A DNA stretch of 64,000 nt from Auanema rhodensis. Taxonomy: Eukaryota > Animalia > Nematoda. Positions 1-12,300 of the stretch are shown here, one piece after another. The notes beneath the pieces were generated by a model, which was not told the origin of the DNA, ran no database searches, and saw nothing but the letters and a program-made list of their open reading frames with translations. Location: the NCBI GenBank assembly GCA_964057225.1, contig OZ059899.1, forward strand, positions 15,996,001 to 16,060,000. The letters are read 5' to 3'. Numbering within the stretch: the stretch's first letter is position 1; each line of letters opens with the position of its first letter. Made by a program: the position numbers and the translations under genes.

Positions 1-828
1 GAAATATATGCCTGCCTTCGCAGCAGGAAATACTTCCAAACGCTGAACAGTTTCAAAAAACATGTCCGCATTGCTGGTCCCGACTGGCTCACTCATCCAT
101 GATGGATAGCTTGACAACGAATTTTCAAAAATGAAATCACTCAAACCGAAAAGTTTGAGCTTATTCATTTTTTCAATGCGTGTCATTACTAACCACTCAT
201 GGTTTTCAACATGAAAATGAGTGACCAGTTTGTCGGATTTCTGATGAACGGCTCCAATTCGTTCTTTAATTTCTTCTATAAAAAAATTACTAGTTATTTT
301 CATTATGTTTTGATTACCTTCATGTAGTTGTAGCATTTTTTCTAGAACTTGATGAGCCGGAATAGGGTGAGGTATTCTAGCGTTCAATTGAGAATTCTTC
401 GACTCCAACAAGCTTGTTGAAAAAAATTGTTGGCTTTGCCCAGCTCTCAATTTTTGAATCAAACTATTGGTTTGATATAAATCGTCCTTGTTGGTAAGAA
501 GCCTAAATTAAAAAAAAATAAAAGAATTCAAAAAAAACCAACCATTGTCGAGTTCTTTCTCCACAATTCCTTACAATATCTTGGATTTTCCTTTCATATT
601 CATCACGGTTTTGTGATGATAGAGCCCCTTTCCTCATGATCGTTCCATATTCAGTCTTAAAACATAAAAATAGTGTTTAAAAACAATATCAAGTATACCT
701 CTTTTTTTCTTCCAAATATTTTATGGAGGATGTGTTCCTTTCTCTCAGCATCATCGTCCTTGCCGAATGTGCTTTTGATATTCTCCATTCGGTGCACGGA
801 ACATCTTAGCGGTACGGTACGGTACGAG
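1..828 (-). mobile_element. Partial copy of the 1.9-kb MULE-like transposase fragment insert (cut by window edge)
   Basis: Reverse complement of 27825..28652. Same (GGTAC)3 junction into the array at 828/829. Confidence 0.75.
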
Positions 829-3800
829 TTCAGTCGTATGTTATATTTCAATTTGATCTTCGCAGTAGGGTAAAAACAATTTTAGCTACGTTGGAATGTC
901 AAAAAATATCTGATGAGAGTGGGATTCGAACCCACGCCTCCGAAGAGACTGGTGCCTTAAACCAGCGCCTTAGACCGCTCGGCCATCTCACCTTGATGTG
1001 ACTATTTCAGTCGTATGTTATATTTCAATTTGATCATCGCAATAGGGTAAAAACAATTTTAGCTACGTTGGAATGTCAAAAAATATCTGATGAGAGTGGG
1101 ATTCGAACCCACGCCTCCGAAGAGACTGGTGCCTTAAACCAGCGCCTTAGACCGCTCGGCCATCTCACCTTGATGTGGCATTTTCAGTCGTATGTTATAT
1201 TTCAATTTGATCTTCGCAGTAGGGTAAAAACAATTTTAGCTACGTTGGAATGTCAAAAAATATCTGATGAGAGTGGGATTCGAACCCACGCCTCCGAAGA
1301 GACTGGTGCCTAAAACCAGCGCCTTAGACCGCTAGGCCATCTCACCTTGATGTGACTATTTCAGTCGTATGTTATATTCGAATTTGATCATCGCAATAGG
1401 GTAAAAACAATTTTAACTACGTTGGAATGTCAAAAAATATCTGATGAGAGTGGGATTCGAACCCACGCCTCCGAAGAGACTGGTGCCTAAAACCAGCGCC
1501 TTAGACCGCTCGGCCATCTCACCTTGATGTGGCATTTTCAGTCGTATGTTATATTTCAATTTGATCATCGCAGTAGAGTAACAACAATTTTAGCTACGTT
1601 GGAATGTCAAAAAATATCTGATGAGAGTGGGATTCGAACCCACGCCTCCGAAGAGACTGGTGCCTTAAACCAGCGCCTTAGACCGCTCGGCCATCTCACC
1701 TTGATGTGACTATTTCGGTCGTATGTTATATTTGAATTTGATCATAGCAGTTGGGTAAAAACAATTTTAGCAACGTTGGAATGTCAAAAAATATCTGATG
1801 AGAGTGGGATTCGAACCCACGCCTCCGAAGAGACTGGTGCCTAAAACCAGCGCCTTAGACCGCTGGGCCATCTCACCTTGATGTGGCATTTTCAGTCGTA
1901 TGTTATATTTCAATTTGATCATCGCAGTAGAGTAAAAACAATTTTAGCTACGTTGGAATGTCAAAAAATATCTGATGAGAGTGGGATTCGAACCCACGCC
2001 TCCGAAGAGACTGGTGCCTTAAACCAGCGCCTTAGACCGCTCGGCCATCTCACCTTGATGTGACTATTTCGGTCGTATGTTATATTTGAATTTGATCATA
2101 GCAGTTGGGTAAAAACAATTTTAGCAACGTTGGAATGTCAAAAAATATCTGATGAGAGTGGGATTCGAACCCACGCCTCCGAAGAGACTGGTGCCTAAAA
2201 CCAGCGCCTTAGACCGCTCGGCCATCTCACCTTGATGTGACTATTTCAGTCGTATGTTATATTTCAATTTGATCATCGCAATAGGGTAAAAACAATTTTA
2301 GCTACGTTGGAATGTCAAAAAATATCTGATGAGAGTGGGATTCGAACCCACGCCTCCGAAGAGACTGGTGCCTAAAACCAGCGCCTTAGACCGCTCGGCC
2401 ATCTCACCTTGATGTGGCATTTTCAGTCGTATGTTATATTTCAATTTGATCATCGCAGTAGAGTAAAAACAATTTTAGCTACGTTGGAATGTCAAAAAAT
2501 ATCTGATGAGAGTGGGATTCGAACCCACGCCTCCGAAGAGACTGGTGCCTAAAACCAGCGCCTTAGACCGCTCGGCCATCTCACCTTGATGTGGCATTTT
2601 CAGTCGTATGTTATATTTCAATTTGATCATCGCAATAGGGTAAAAACAATTTTAGCTACGTTGGAATGTCAAAAAATATCTGATGAGAGTGGGATTCGAA
2701 CCCACGCCTCCGAAGAGACTGGTGCCTAAAACCAGCGCCTTAGACCGCTCGGCCATCTCACCTTGATGTGGCATTTTCAGTCGTATGTTATATTTCAATT
2801 TGATCATCGCAGTAGAGTAAAAACAATTTTAGCTACGTTGGAATGTCAAAAAATATCTAATGAGAGTGGGATTCGAACCCACGCCTCCGAAGAGACTGGT
2901 GCCTAAAACCAGCGCCTTAGACCGCTCGGCCATCTCACCTTGATGTGACTATTTCAGTCGTATGTTATATTCGAATTTGATCATCGCAGTAGGGTAAAAA
3001 CAATTTTAGCTACGTTGGAATGTCAAAAAATATCTGATGAGAGTGGGATTCGAACCCACGCCTCCGAAGAGACTGGTGCCTAAAACCAGCGCCTTAGACC
3101 GCTGGGCCATCTCACCTTGATGTGGCATTTTCAGTCGTATGTTATATTTCAATTTGATCATCGCAGTAGAGTAAAAACAATTTTAGCTACGTTGGAATGT
3201 CAAAAAATATCTGATGAGAGTGGGATTCGAACCCACGCCTCCGAAGAGACTGGTGCCTTAAACCAGCGCCTTAGACCGCTCGGCCATCTCACCTTGATGT
3301 GACTATTTCGGTCGTATGTTATATTTGAATTTGATCATAGCAGTTGGGTAAAAACAATTTTAGCAACGTTGGAATGTCAAAAAATATCTGATGAGAGTGG
3401 GATTCGAACCCACGCCTCCGAAGAGACTGGTGCCTAAAACCAGCGCCTTAGACCGCTCGGCCATCTCACCTTGATGTGACTATTTCAGTCGTATGTTATA
3501 TTTCAATTTGATCATCGCAATAGGGTATAAACAATTTTAGCTACGTTGGAATGTCAAAAAATATCTGATGAGAGTGGGATTCGAACCCACGCCTCCGAAG
3601 AGACTGGTGCCTAAAACCAGCGCCTTAGACCGCTCGGCCATCTCACCTTGATGTGGCATTTTCAGTCGTATGTTATATTTCAATTTGATCATCGCAGTAG
3701 AGTAAAAACAATTTTAGCTACGTTGGAATGTCAAAAAATATCTGATGAGAGTGGGATTCGAACCCACGCCTCCGAAGAGACTGGTGCCTTAAACCAGCGC

Positions 3801-6800
3801 CTTAGACCGCTCGGCCATCTCACCTTGATGTGACTATTTCAGTCGTATGTTATATTTCAATTTGATCATCGCAATAGGGTAAAAACAATTTTAGCTACGT
3901 TGGAATGTCAAAAAACATCTGATGAGAGTGGGATTCGAACCCACGCCTCCGAAGAGACTGGTGCCTTAAACCAGCGCCTTAGACCGCTCGGCCATCTCAC
4001 CTTGATGTGGCATTTTCAGTCGTATGTTATATTTCAATTTGATCTTCGCAGTAGGATAAAAACAATTTTAGCTTCGTTGGAATGTCAAAAAATATCTGAT
4101 GAGAGTGGGATTCGAACCCACGCCTCCGAAGAGACTGGTGCCTTAAACCAGCGCCTTAGACCGCTCGGCCATCTCACCTTGATGTGGCATTTTCAGTCGT
4201 ATGTTATATTTCAATTTGATCTTCGCAGTAGGGTAAAAACAATTTTAGCTTCGTTGGAATGTCAAAAAATATCTGATGAGAGTGGGATTCGAACCCACGC
4301 CTCCGAAGAGACTGGTGCCTAAAACCAGCGCCTTAGACCGCTCGGCCATCTCACCTTGATGTGACTATTTCAGTCGTATGTTATATTCGAATTTGATCAT
4401 CGCAGTAGGGTAAAAACAATTTTAGCTACGTTGGAATGTCAAAAAATATCTGATGAGAGTGGGATTCGAACCCACGCCTCCGAAGAGACTGGTGCCTAAA
4501 ACCAGCGCCTTAGACCGCTCGGCCATCTCACCTTGATGTGGCATTTTCAGTCGTATGTTATATTTCAATTTGATCATCGCAGTAGAGTAAAAACAATTTT
4601 AGCTACGTTGGAATGTCAAAAAATATCTGATGAGAGTGGGATTCGAACCCACGCCTCCGAAGAGACTGGTGCCTAAAACCAGCGCCTTAGACCGCTCGGC
4701 CATCTCACCTTGATGTGGCATTTTCAGTCGTATGTTATATTTCAATTTGATCATCGCAGTAGAGTAACAACAATTTTAGCTACGTTGGAATGTCAAAAAA
4801 TATCTGATGAGAGTGGGATTCGAACCCACGCCTCCGAAGAGACTGGTGCCTTAAACCAGCGCCTTAGACCGCTCGGCCATCTCACCTTGATGTGACTATT
4901 TCAGTCGTATGTTATATTTCAATTTGATCATCGGAATAGGGTAAAAACAATTTTAGCTACGTTGGAATGTCAAAAAATATCTGATGAGAGTGGGATTCGA
5001 ACCCACGCCTCCGAAGAGACTGGTGCCTAAAACCAGCGCCTTAGACCGCTCGGCCATCTCACCTTGATGTGGCATTTTCAGTCGTATGTTATATTTCAAT
5101 TTGATCTTCGCAGTAGGGTAAAAACAATTTTAGCTACGTTGGAATGTCAAAAAATATCTGATGAGAGTGGGATTCGAACCCACGCCTCCGAAGAGACTGG
5201 TGCCTTAAACCAGCGCCTTAGACCGCTCGGCCATCTCACCTTGATGTGACTATTTCAGTCGTATGTTATATTTCAATTTGATCTTCGCAGTAGGGTAAAA
5301 ACAATTTTAGCTACGTTGGAATGTCAAAAAACATTTGATGAGAGTGGGATTCGAACCCACGCCTCCGAAGAGACTGGTGCCTAAAACCAGCGCCTTAGAC
5401 CGCTCGGCCATCTCACCTTGATGTGACTATTTCAGTCGTATGTTATATTCGAATTTGATCATCGCAGTAGGGTAAAAACAATTTTAGCTACGTTGGAATG
5501 TCAAAAAATATCTGATGAGAGTGGGATTCGAACCCACGCCTCCGAAGAGACTGGTGCCTAAAACCAGCGCCTTAGACCGCTGGGCCATCTCACCTTGATG
5601 TGGCATTTTCAGTCGTATGTTATATTTCAATTTGATCATCGCAGTAGAGTAAAAACAATTTTAGCTACGTTGGAATGTCAAAAAATATCTGATGAGAGTG
5701 GGATTCGAACCCACGCCTCCGAAGAGACTGGTGCCTTAAACCAGCGCCTTAGACCGCTCGGCCATCTCACCTTGATGTGACTATTTCAGTCGTATGTTAT
5801 ATTTCAATTTGATCATCGCAATAGGGTAAAAACAATTTTAGCTACGTTGGAATGTCAAAAAACATCTGATGAGAGTGGGATTCGAACCCACGCCTCCGAA
5901 GAGACTGGTGCCTTAAACCAGCGCCTTAGACCGCTCGGCCATCTCACCTTGATGTGACTATTTCAGTCGTATGTTATATTTCAATTTGATCATCGCAATA
6001 GGGTAAAAACAATTTTAGCTACGTTGGAATGTCAAAAAACATCTGATGAGAGTGGGATTCGAACCCACGCCTCCGAAGAGACTGGTGCCTTAAACCAGCG
6101 CCTTAGACCGCTCGGCCATCTCACCTTGATGTGGCATTTTCAGTCGTATGTTATATTTCAATTTGATCTTCGCAGTAGGATAAAAACAATTTTAGCTTCG
6201 TTGGAATGTCAAAAAATATCTGATGAGAGTGGGATTCGAACCCACGCCTCCGAAGAGACTGGTGCCTTAAACCAGCGCCTTAGACCGCTCGGCCATCTCA
6301 CCTTGATGTGGCATTTTCAGTCGTATGTTATATTTCAATTTGATCTTCGCAGTAGGGTAAAAACAATTTTAGCTTCGTTGGAATGTCAAAAAATATCTGA
6401 TGAGAGTGGGATTCGAACCCACGCCTCCGAAGAGACTGGTGCCTAAAACCAGCGCCTTAGACCGCTCGGCCATCTCACCTTGATGTGACTATTTCAGTCG
6501 TATGTTATATTCGAATTTGATCATCGCAGTAGGGTAAAAACAATTTTAGCTACGTTGGAATGTCAAAAAATATCTGATGAGAGTGGGATTCCAACCCACG
6601 CCTCCGAAGAGACTGGTGCCTAAAACCAGCGCCTTAGACCGCTCGGCCATCTCACCTTGATGTGGCATTTTCAGTCGTATGTTATATTTCAATTTGATCA
6701 TCGCAGTAGAGTAAAAACAATTTTAGCTACGTTGGAATGTCAAAAAATATCTGATGAGAGTGGGATTCGAACCCACGCCTCCGAAGAGACTGGTGCCTAA

Positions 6801-7963
6801 AACCAGCGCCTTAGACCGCTCGGCCATCTCACCTTGATGTGACTATTTCAGTCGTATGTTATATTTCAATTTGATCATCGCAATAGGGTAAAAACAATTT
6901 TAGCTACGTTGGAATGTCAAAAAATATCTGATGAGAGTGGGATTCGAACCCACGCCTCCGAAGAGACTGGTGCCTTAAACCAGCGCCTTAGACCGCTCGG
7001 CCATCTCACCTTGATGTGGCATTTTCAGTCGTATGTTATATTTCAATTTGATCTTCGCAGTAGGGTAAAAACAATTTTAGCTACGTTGGAATGTCAAAAA
7101 ATATCTGATGAGAGTGGGATTCGAACCCACGCCTCCGAAGAGACTGGTGCCTAAAACCAGCGCCTTAGACCGCTCGGCCATCTCACCTTGATGTGACTAT
7201 TTCAGTCGTATGTTATATTCGAATTTGATCATCGCAGTAGGGTAAAAACAATTTTAGCTACGTTGGAATGTCAAAAAATATCTGATGAGAGTGGGATTCG
7301 AACCCACGCCTCCGAAGAGACTGGTGCCTTAAACCAGCGCCTTAGACCGCTCGGCCATCTCACCTTGATGTGGCATTTTCAGTCGTATGTTATATTTGAA
7401 TTTGATCATAGCAGTAGGGTAAAAACAATTTTAGCAACGTTGGAATGTCAAAAAATATCTGATGACAGTGGGATTCGAACCCACGCCTCCGAAGAGACTG
7501 GTGCCTTAAACCAGCGCCTTAGACCGCTCGGCCATCTCACCTTGATGTGACTATTTCAGTCGTATGTTATATTTCAATTTGATCATCGCAATAGGGTAAA
7601 AACAATTTTAGCTACGTTGGAATGTCAAAAAACATCTGATGAGAGTGGGATTCGAACCCACGCCTCCGAAGAGACTGGTGCCTTAAACCAGCGCCTTAGA
7701 CCGCTCGGCCATCTCACCTTGATGTGGCATTTTCAGTCGTATGTTATATTTCAATTTGATCATCGCAATAGGGTAAAAACAATTTTAGCTACGTTGGAAT
7801 GTCAAAAAACATCTGATGAGAGTGGGATTCGAACCCACGCCTCCGAAGAGACTGGTGCCTTAAACCAGCGCCTTAGACCGCTCGGCCATCTCACCTTGAT
7901 GTGGCATTTTCAGTCGTATGTTATATTTCAATTTGATCTTCGCAGTAGGGTAAAAACAATTTT
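829..7963 (-). tRNA. Tandem tRNA-Leu array block 1, 177-bp unit, about 40 genes, mixed AAG/TAG anticodons
   Basis: Each unit contains the reverse complement of GGTGAGATGGCCGAGCGGTCTAAGGCGCTGGTTT(A/T)AGGCACCAGTCTCTTCGGAGGCGTGGGTTCGAATCCCACTCTCATCA. First gene at 911, last at 7814, spacing 177. Confidence 0.97.
911..992 (-). tRNA. Representative tRNA-Leu(AAG) gene
   Basis: Acceptor stem GGTGAGA/TCTCATC plus discriminator A, A-box TGGCCGAGCGG, anticodon stem CTGGT/ACCAG with loop TTAAGGC, long variable arm, B-box GGTTCGAATCC, no encoded CCA, T6 terminator 5 nt downstream. Confidence 0.97.
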
Positions 7964-8312
7964 TGTGGCGTTATACCACAAGTGTATAGTATGGTTGGAA
8001 GTAAAACACAAAGCGAATATGTAGAAAAGGGTTTATTGATGAATTAACAAGACAAGCACGGAATAAAATCACTGACTGCGAACGTTCAAAAAGTAAGACT
8101 GATCTCTTCTCGTGGGCGGTCGTCAGCCTGAAACAAAGAGTTAGTCATGCCACATGTATAACACAACATGTGGTATGGATAAAAATTACTTAGGAAGTTA
8201 CAAGAAAGAAGAAAGAAGAGAGAGAGAGAGAGAGAGAGGGAGAGAACAGGAGAGACAAATAAAACAATTGTTGAAGATAAAATTTATACAAACTCACTCG
8301 CTTATCGCGACA
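7964..8312 (-). mobile_element. BEL/Pao 3' LTR (inverted), 349 bp
   Basis: Reverse complement of the LTRs at 9002 and 18028. TGT...ACA ends, followed on its own strand by target sequence AAAAT and preceded by PPT-like GCCGGGAG (8313..8320). Confidence 0.93.
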
Positions 8313-8342
8313 CTCCCGGCAATGCGGGAATGAGAAGAAGGC

Positions 8343-8804
8343 CTACAAAGGTCTTTTACGTTTTATATCACCACAAACCACTCCATGATGCGTATCCGCC
8401 TTACATCTATAGCAGGATACCTCGCAAATCGCTGGATGTTTTTGATTCAAACATCTGATGCATAACCCCAGTTCATGAAGACGGAGAGTGCGTTCCGGTG
8501 AGGAAGGATAAATCGGACAGGCCGCAGTACGGTGCCCATCAGCTGTCGGTTTATTGCAGAATACACATGAAGCTTTAGGAGCAGTCTGAATGGTCAAATT
8601 GTCTAGTTTTAGATTTAACGAATGTTGAATATTGTCCAGTCGTTCGGATAGATGGTTCACCGCGCTAGCTAGGTGCTCGTAGAGCCTCTTTTCAAGCACA
8701 ATTAGTTGCCTCAGATTGGCAGCAGTGTTAGGTAGATGGGAATATTTTTTGAGCTCTTCCTCAAAGGAAGCATTCTCAATTATATTCGAGACAATATCTT
8801 CCAT
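8343..8804 (-). CDS. Accessory ORF at the 3' end of the BEL element: predicted coiled coil plus three Cys/His (nucleocapsid-like) motifs, about 153 aa
   Basis: ATG in AAAATG context. Motifs CVFC..H..C, CIRC..H..C and CYRC..H..C parallel the Gag knuckles at about 19815-20005. C-terminal KRKR. Stop lies about 30 nt before the 3' LTR. Confidence 0.75.
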   Translation of the reverse strand: MEDIVSNIIENASFEEELKKYSHLPNTAANLRQLIVLEKRLYEHLASAVNHLSERLDNIQHSLNLKLDNLTIQTAPKASCVFCNKPTADGHRTAACPIYPSSPERTLRLHELGLCIRCLNQKHPAICEVSCYRCKADTHHGVVCGDIKRKRPL

Positions 8805-8887
8805 TTTCACGGAATATAGGAAATTGTTTTTACCCTATTGCGATGATCAAATTGAAATATAACATACGACTGAAATAGTCACATCAA

Positions 8888-8969
8888 GGTGAGATGGCCG
8901 AGCGGTCTAAGGCGCTGGTTTTAGGCACCAGTCTCTTCGGAGGCGTGGGTTCGAATCCCACTCTCATCA
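8888..8969 (+). tRNA. tRNA-Leu(TAG), single unit between the inversion junction (8821) and the solo LTR
   Basis: Anticodon loop TTTAGGC, intact A/B boxes and T6. Confidence 0.95.
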
Positions 8970-9001
8970 GATATTTTTTGACATTCCAACGTAGCTAAAA
9001 T

Positions 9002-9350
9002 TGTCGCGATAAGCGAGTGAGTTTGTATAAATTTTATCTTCAACAATTGTTTTATTTGTCTCTCCTGTTCTCTCCCTCTCTCTCTCTCTCTCTCTCTTCT
9101 TTCTTCTTTCTTGTAACTTCCTAAGTAATTTTTATCCATACCACATGTTGTGTTATACATGTGGCATGACTAACTCTTTGTTTCAGGCTGACGACCGCCC
9201 ACGAGAAGAGATCAGTCTTACTTTTTGAACGTTCGCAGTCAGTGATTTTATTCCGTGCTTGTCTTGTTAATTCATCAATAAACCCTTTTCTACATATTCG
9301 CTTTGTGTTTTACTTCCAACCATACTATACACTTGTGGTATAACGCCACA
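9002..9350 (+). mobile_element. BEL/Pao solo LTR with 5-bp TSD AAAAT
   Basis: TGTCGCG...CGCCACA flanked on both sides by AAAAT, with the array resuming in register. Internal (CT)n tract and AATAAA. Confidence 0.95.
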
Positions 9351-12300
9351 AAAATTGTTTTTACCCTACTGCGAAGATCAAATTGAAATATAACATACGA
9401 CTGAAAATGCCACATCAAGGTGAGATGGCCGAGCGGTCTAAGGCGCTGGTTTAAGGCACCAGTCTCTTCGGAGGCGTGGGTTCGCATCCCACTCTCATCA
9501 GATGTTTTTTGACATTCCAACGTAGCTAAAATTGTTTTTACCCTATTGCGATGATCAAATTGAAATATAACATACGACTGAAATAGTCACATCAAGGTGA
9601 GATGGCCGAGCGGTCTAAGGCGCTGGTTTTAGGCACCAGTCTCTTCGGAGGCGTGGGTTCGAATCCCACTCTCATCAGATGTTTTTTGACATTCCAACGT
9701 AGCTAAAATTGTTTTTACCCTACTGCGAAGATCAAATTGAAATATAACATACGACTGAAAATGCCACATCAAGGTGAGATGGCCGAGCGGTCTAAGGCGC
9801 TGGTTTAAGGCACCAGTCTCTTCGGAGGCGTGGGTTCGAATCCCACTCTCATCAGATGTTTTTTGACATTCCAACGTAGCTAAAATTGTTTTTACCCTAT
9901 TGCGATGATCAAATTGAAATATAACATACGACTGAAATAGTCACATCAAGGTGAGATGGCCGAGCGGTCTAAGGCGCTGGTTTAAGGCACCAGTCTCTTC
10001 GGAGGCGTGGGTTCGAATCCCACTCTCATCAGATATTTTTTGACATTCCAACGTAGCTAAAATTGTTTTTACTCTACTGCGATGATCAAATTCGAATATA
10101 ACATACGACTGAAATAGTCACATCAAGGTGAGATGGCCGAGCGGTCTAAGGCGCTGGTTTTAGGCACCAGTCTCTTCGGAGGCGTGGGTTCGAATCCCAC
10201 TCTCATCAGATATTTTTTGACATTCCAACGTAGCTAAAATTGTTTTTACCCTATTGCGATGATCAAATTGAAATATAACATACGACTGAAATAGTCACAT
10301 CAAGGTGAGATGGCCGAGCGGTCTAAGGCGCTGGTTTAAGGCACCAGTCTCTTCGGAGGCGTGGGTTCGAATCCCACTCTCATCAGATATTTTTTGACAT
10401 TCCAACGTAGCTAAAATTGTTTTTACCCTATTGCGATGATCAAATTGAAATATAACATACGACTGAAATAGTCACATCAAGGTGAGATGGCCGAGCGGTC
10501 TAAGGCGCTGGTTTTAGGCACCAGTCTCTTCGGAGGCGTGGGTTCGAATCCCACTCTCATCAGATATTTTTTGACATTCCAACGTAGCTAAAATTGTTTT
10601 TACTCTACTGCGATGATCAAATTGAAATATAACATACGACTGAAAATGCCACATCAAGGTGAGATGGCCGAGCGGTCTAAGGCGCTGGTTTTAGGCACCA
10701 GTCTCTTCGGAGGCGTGGGTTGGAATCCCACTCTCATCAGATATTTTTTGACATTCCAACGTAGCTAAAATTGTTTTTACCCTACTGCGATGATCAAATT
10801 CGAATATAACATACGACTGAAATAGTCACATCAAGGTGAGATGGCCGAGCGGTCTAAGGCGCTGGTTTTAGGCACCAGTCTCTTCGGAGGCGTGGGTTCG
10901 AATCCCACTCTCATCAGATATTTTTTGACATTCCAACGAAGCTAAAATTGTTTTTACCCTACTGCGAAGATCAAATTGAAATATAACATACGACTGAAAA
11001 TGCCACATCAAGGGGAGATGGCCGAGCGGTCTAAGGCGCTGGTTTAAGGCACCAGTCTCTTCGGAGGCGTGGGTTCGAATCCCACTCTCATCAGATATTT
11101 TTTGACATTCCAACGAAGCTAAAATTGTTTTTACCCTACTGCGAAGATCAAATTGAAATATAACATACGACTGAAAATGCCACATCAAGGTGAGATGGCC
11201 GAGCGGTCTAAGGCGCTGGTTTAAGGCACCAGTCTCTTCGGAGGCGTGGGTTCGAATCCCACTCTCATCAGATGTTTTTTGACATTCCAACGTAGCTAAA
11301 ATTGTTTTTACCCTATTGCGATGATCAAATTGAAATATAACATACGACTGAAATAGTCACATCAAGGTGAGATGGCCGAGCGGTCTAAGGCGCTGGTTTA
11401 AGGCACCAGTCTCTTCGGAGGCGTGGGTTCGAATCCCACTCTCATCAGATGTTTTTTGACATTCCAACGTAGCTAAAATTGTTTTTACCCTATTGCGATG
11501 ATCAAATTGAAATATAACATACGACTGAAATAGTCACATCAAGGTGAGATGGCCGAGCGGTCTAAGGCGCTGGTTTAAGGCACCAGTCTCTTCGGAGGCG
11601 TGGGTTCGCATCCCACTCTCATCAGATGTTTTTTGACATTCCAACGTAGCTAAAATTGTTTTTACCCTATTGCGATGATCAAATTGAAATATAACATACG
11701 ACTGAAATAGTCACATCAAGGTGAGATGGCCGAGCGGTCTAAGGCGCTGGTTTTAGGCACCAGTCTCTTCGGAGGCGTGGGTTCGAATCCCACTCTCATC
11801 AGATATTTTTTGACATTCCAACGTTGCTAAAATTGTTTTTACCCAACTGCTATGATCAAATTCAAATATAACATACGACCGAAATAGTCACATCAAGGTG
11901 AGATGGCCGAGCGGTCTAAGGCGCTGGTTTAAGGCACCAGTCTCTTCGGAGGCGTGGGTTCGAATCCCACTCTCATCAGATATTTTTTGACATTCCAACG
12001 TAGCTAAAATTGTTTTTACTCTACTGCGATGATCAAATTGAAATATAACATACGACTGAAAATGCCACATCAAGGTGAGATGGCCGAGCGGTCTAAGGCG
12101 CTGGTTTTAGGCACCAGTCTCTTCGGAGGCGTGGGTTCGAATCCCACTCTCATCAGATGTTTTTTGACATTCCAACGTAGCTAAAATTGTTTTTACCCTA
12201 CTGCGAAGATCAAATTGAAATATAACATACGACTGAAATAGTCACATCAAGGTGAGATGGCCGAGCGGTCTAAGGCGCTGGTTTAAGGCACCAGTCTCTT

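Noticed and set aside
911-992. Possible suppressor or TAA anticodon read from 'TTTAAGG'
   Set aside because: The CTGGT/ACCAG stem fixes a 7-nt loop whose central triplet is AAG or TAG. Only the copy at 41849 is truly TAA.
829-7963. CRISPR-like repeat/spacer appearance
   Set aside because: Spacers are near-identical rather than unique, the repeat is a tRNA gene, there are no cas genes, and the context is eukaryotic.
8921-8926. Nematode telomere hexamer TTAGGC in each Leu-TAG anticodon loop
   Set aside because: A single hexamer dictated by the tRNA sequence. No tandem telomeric tract exists in the window.
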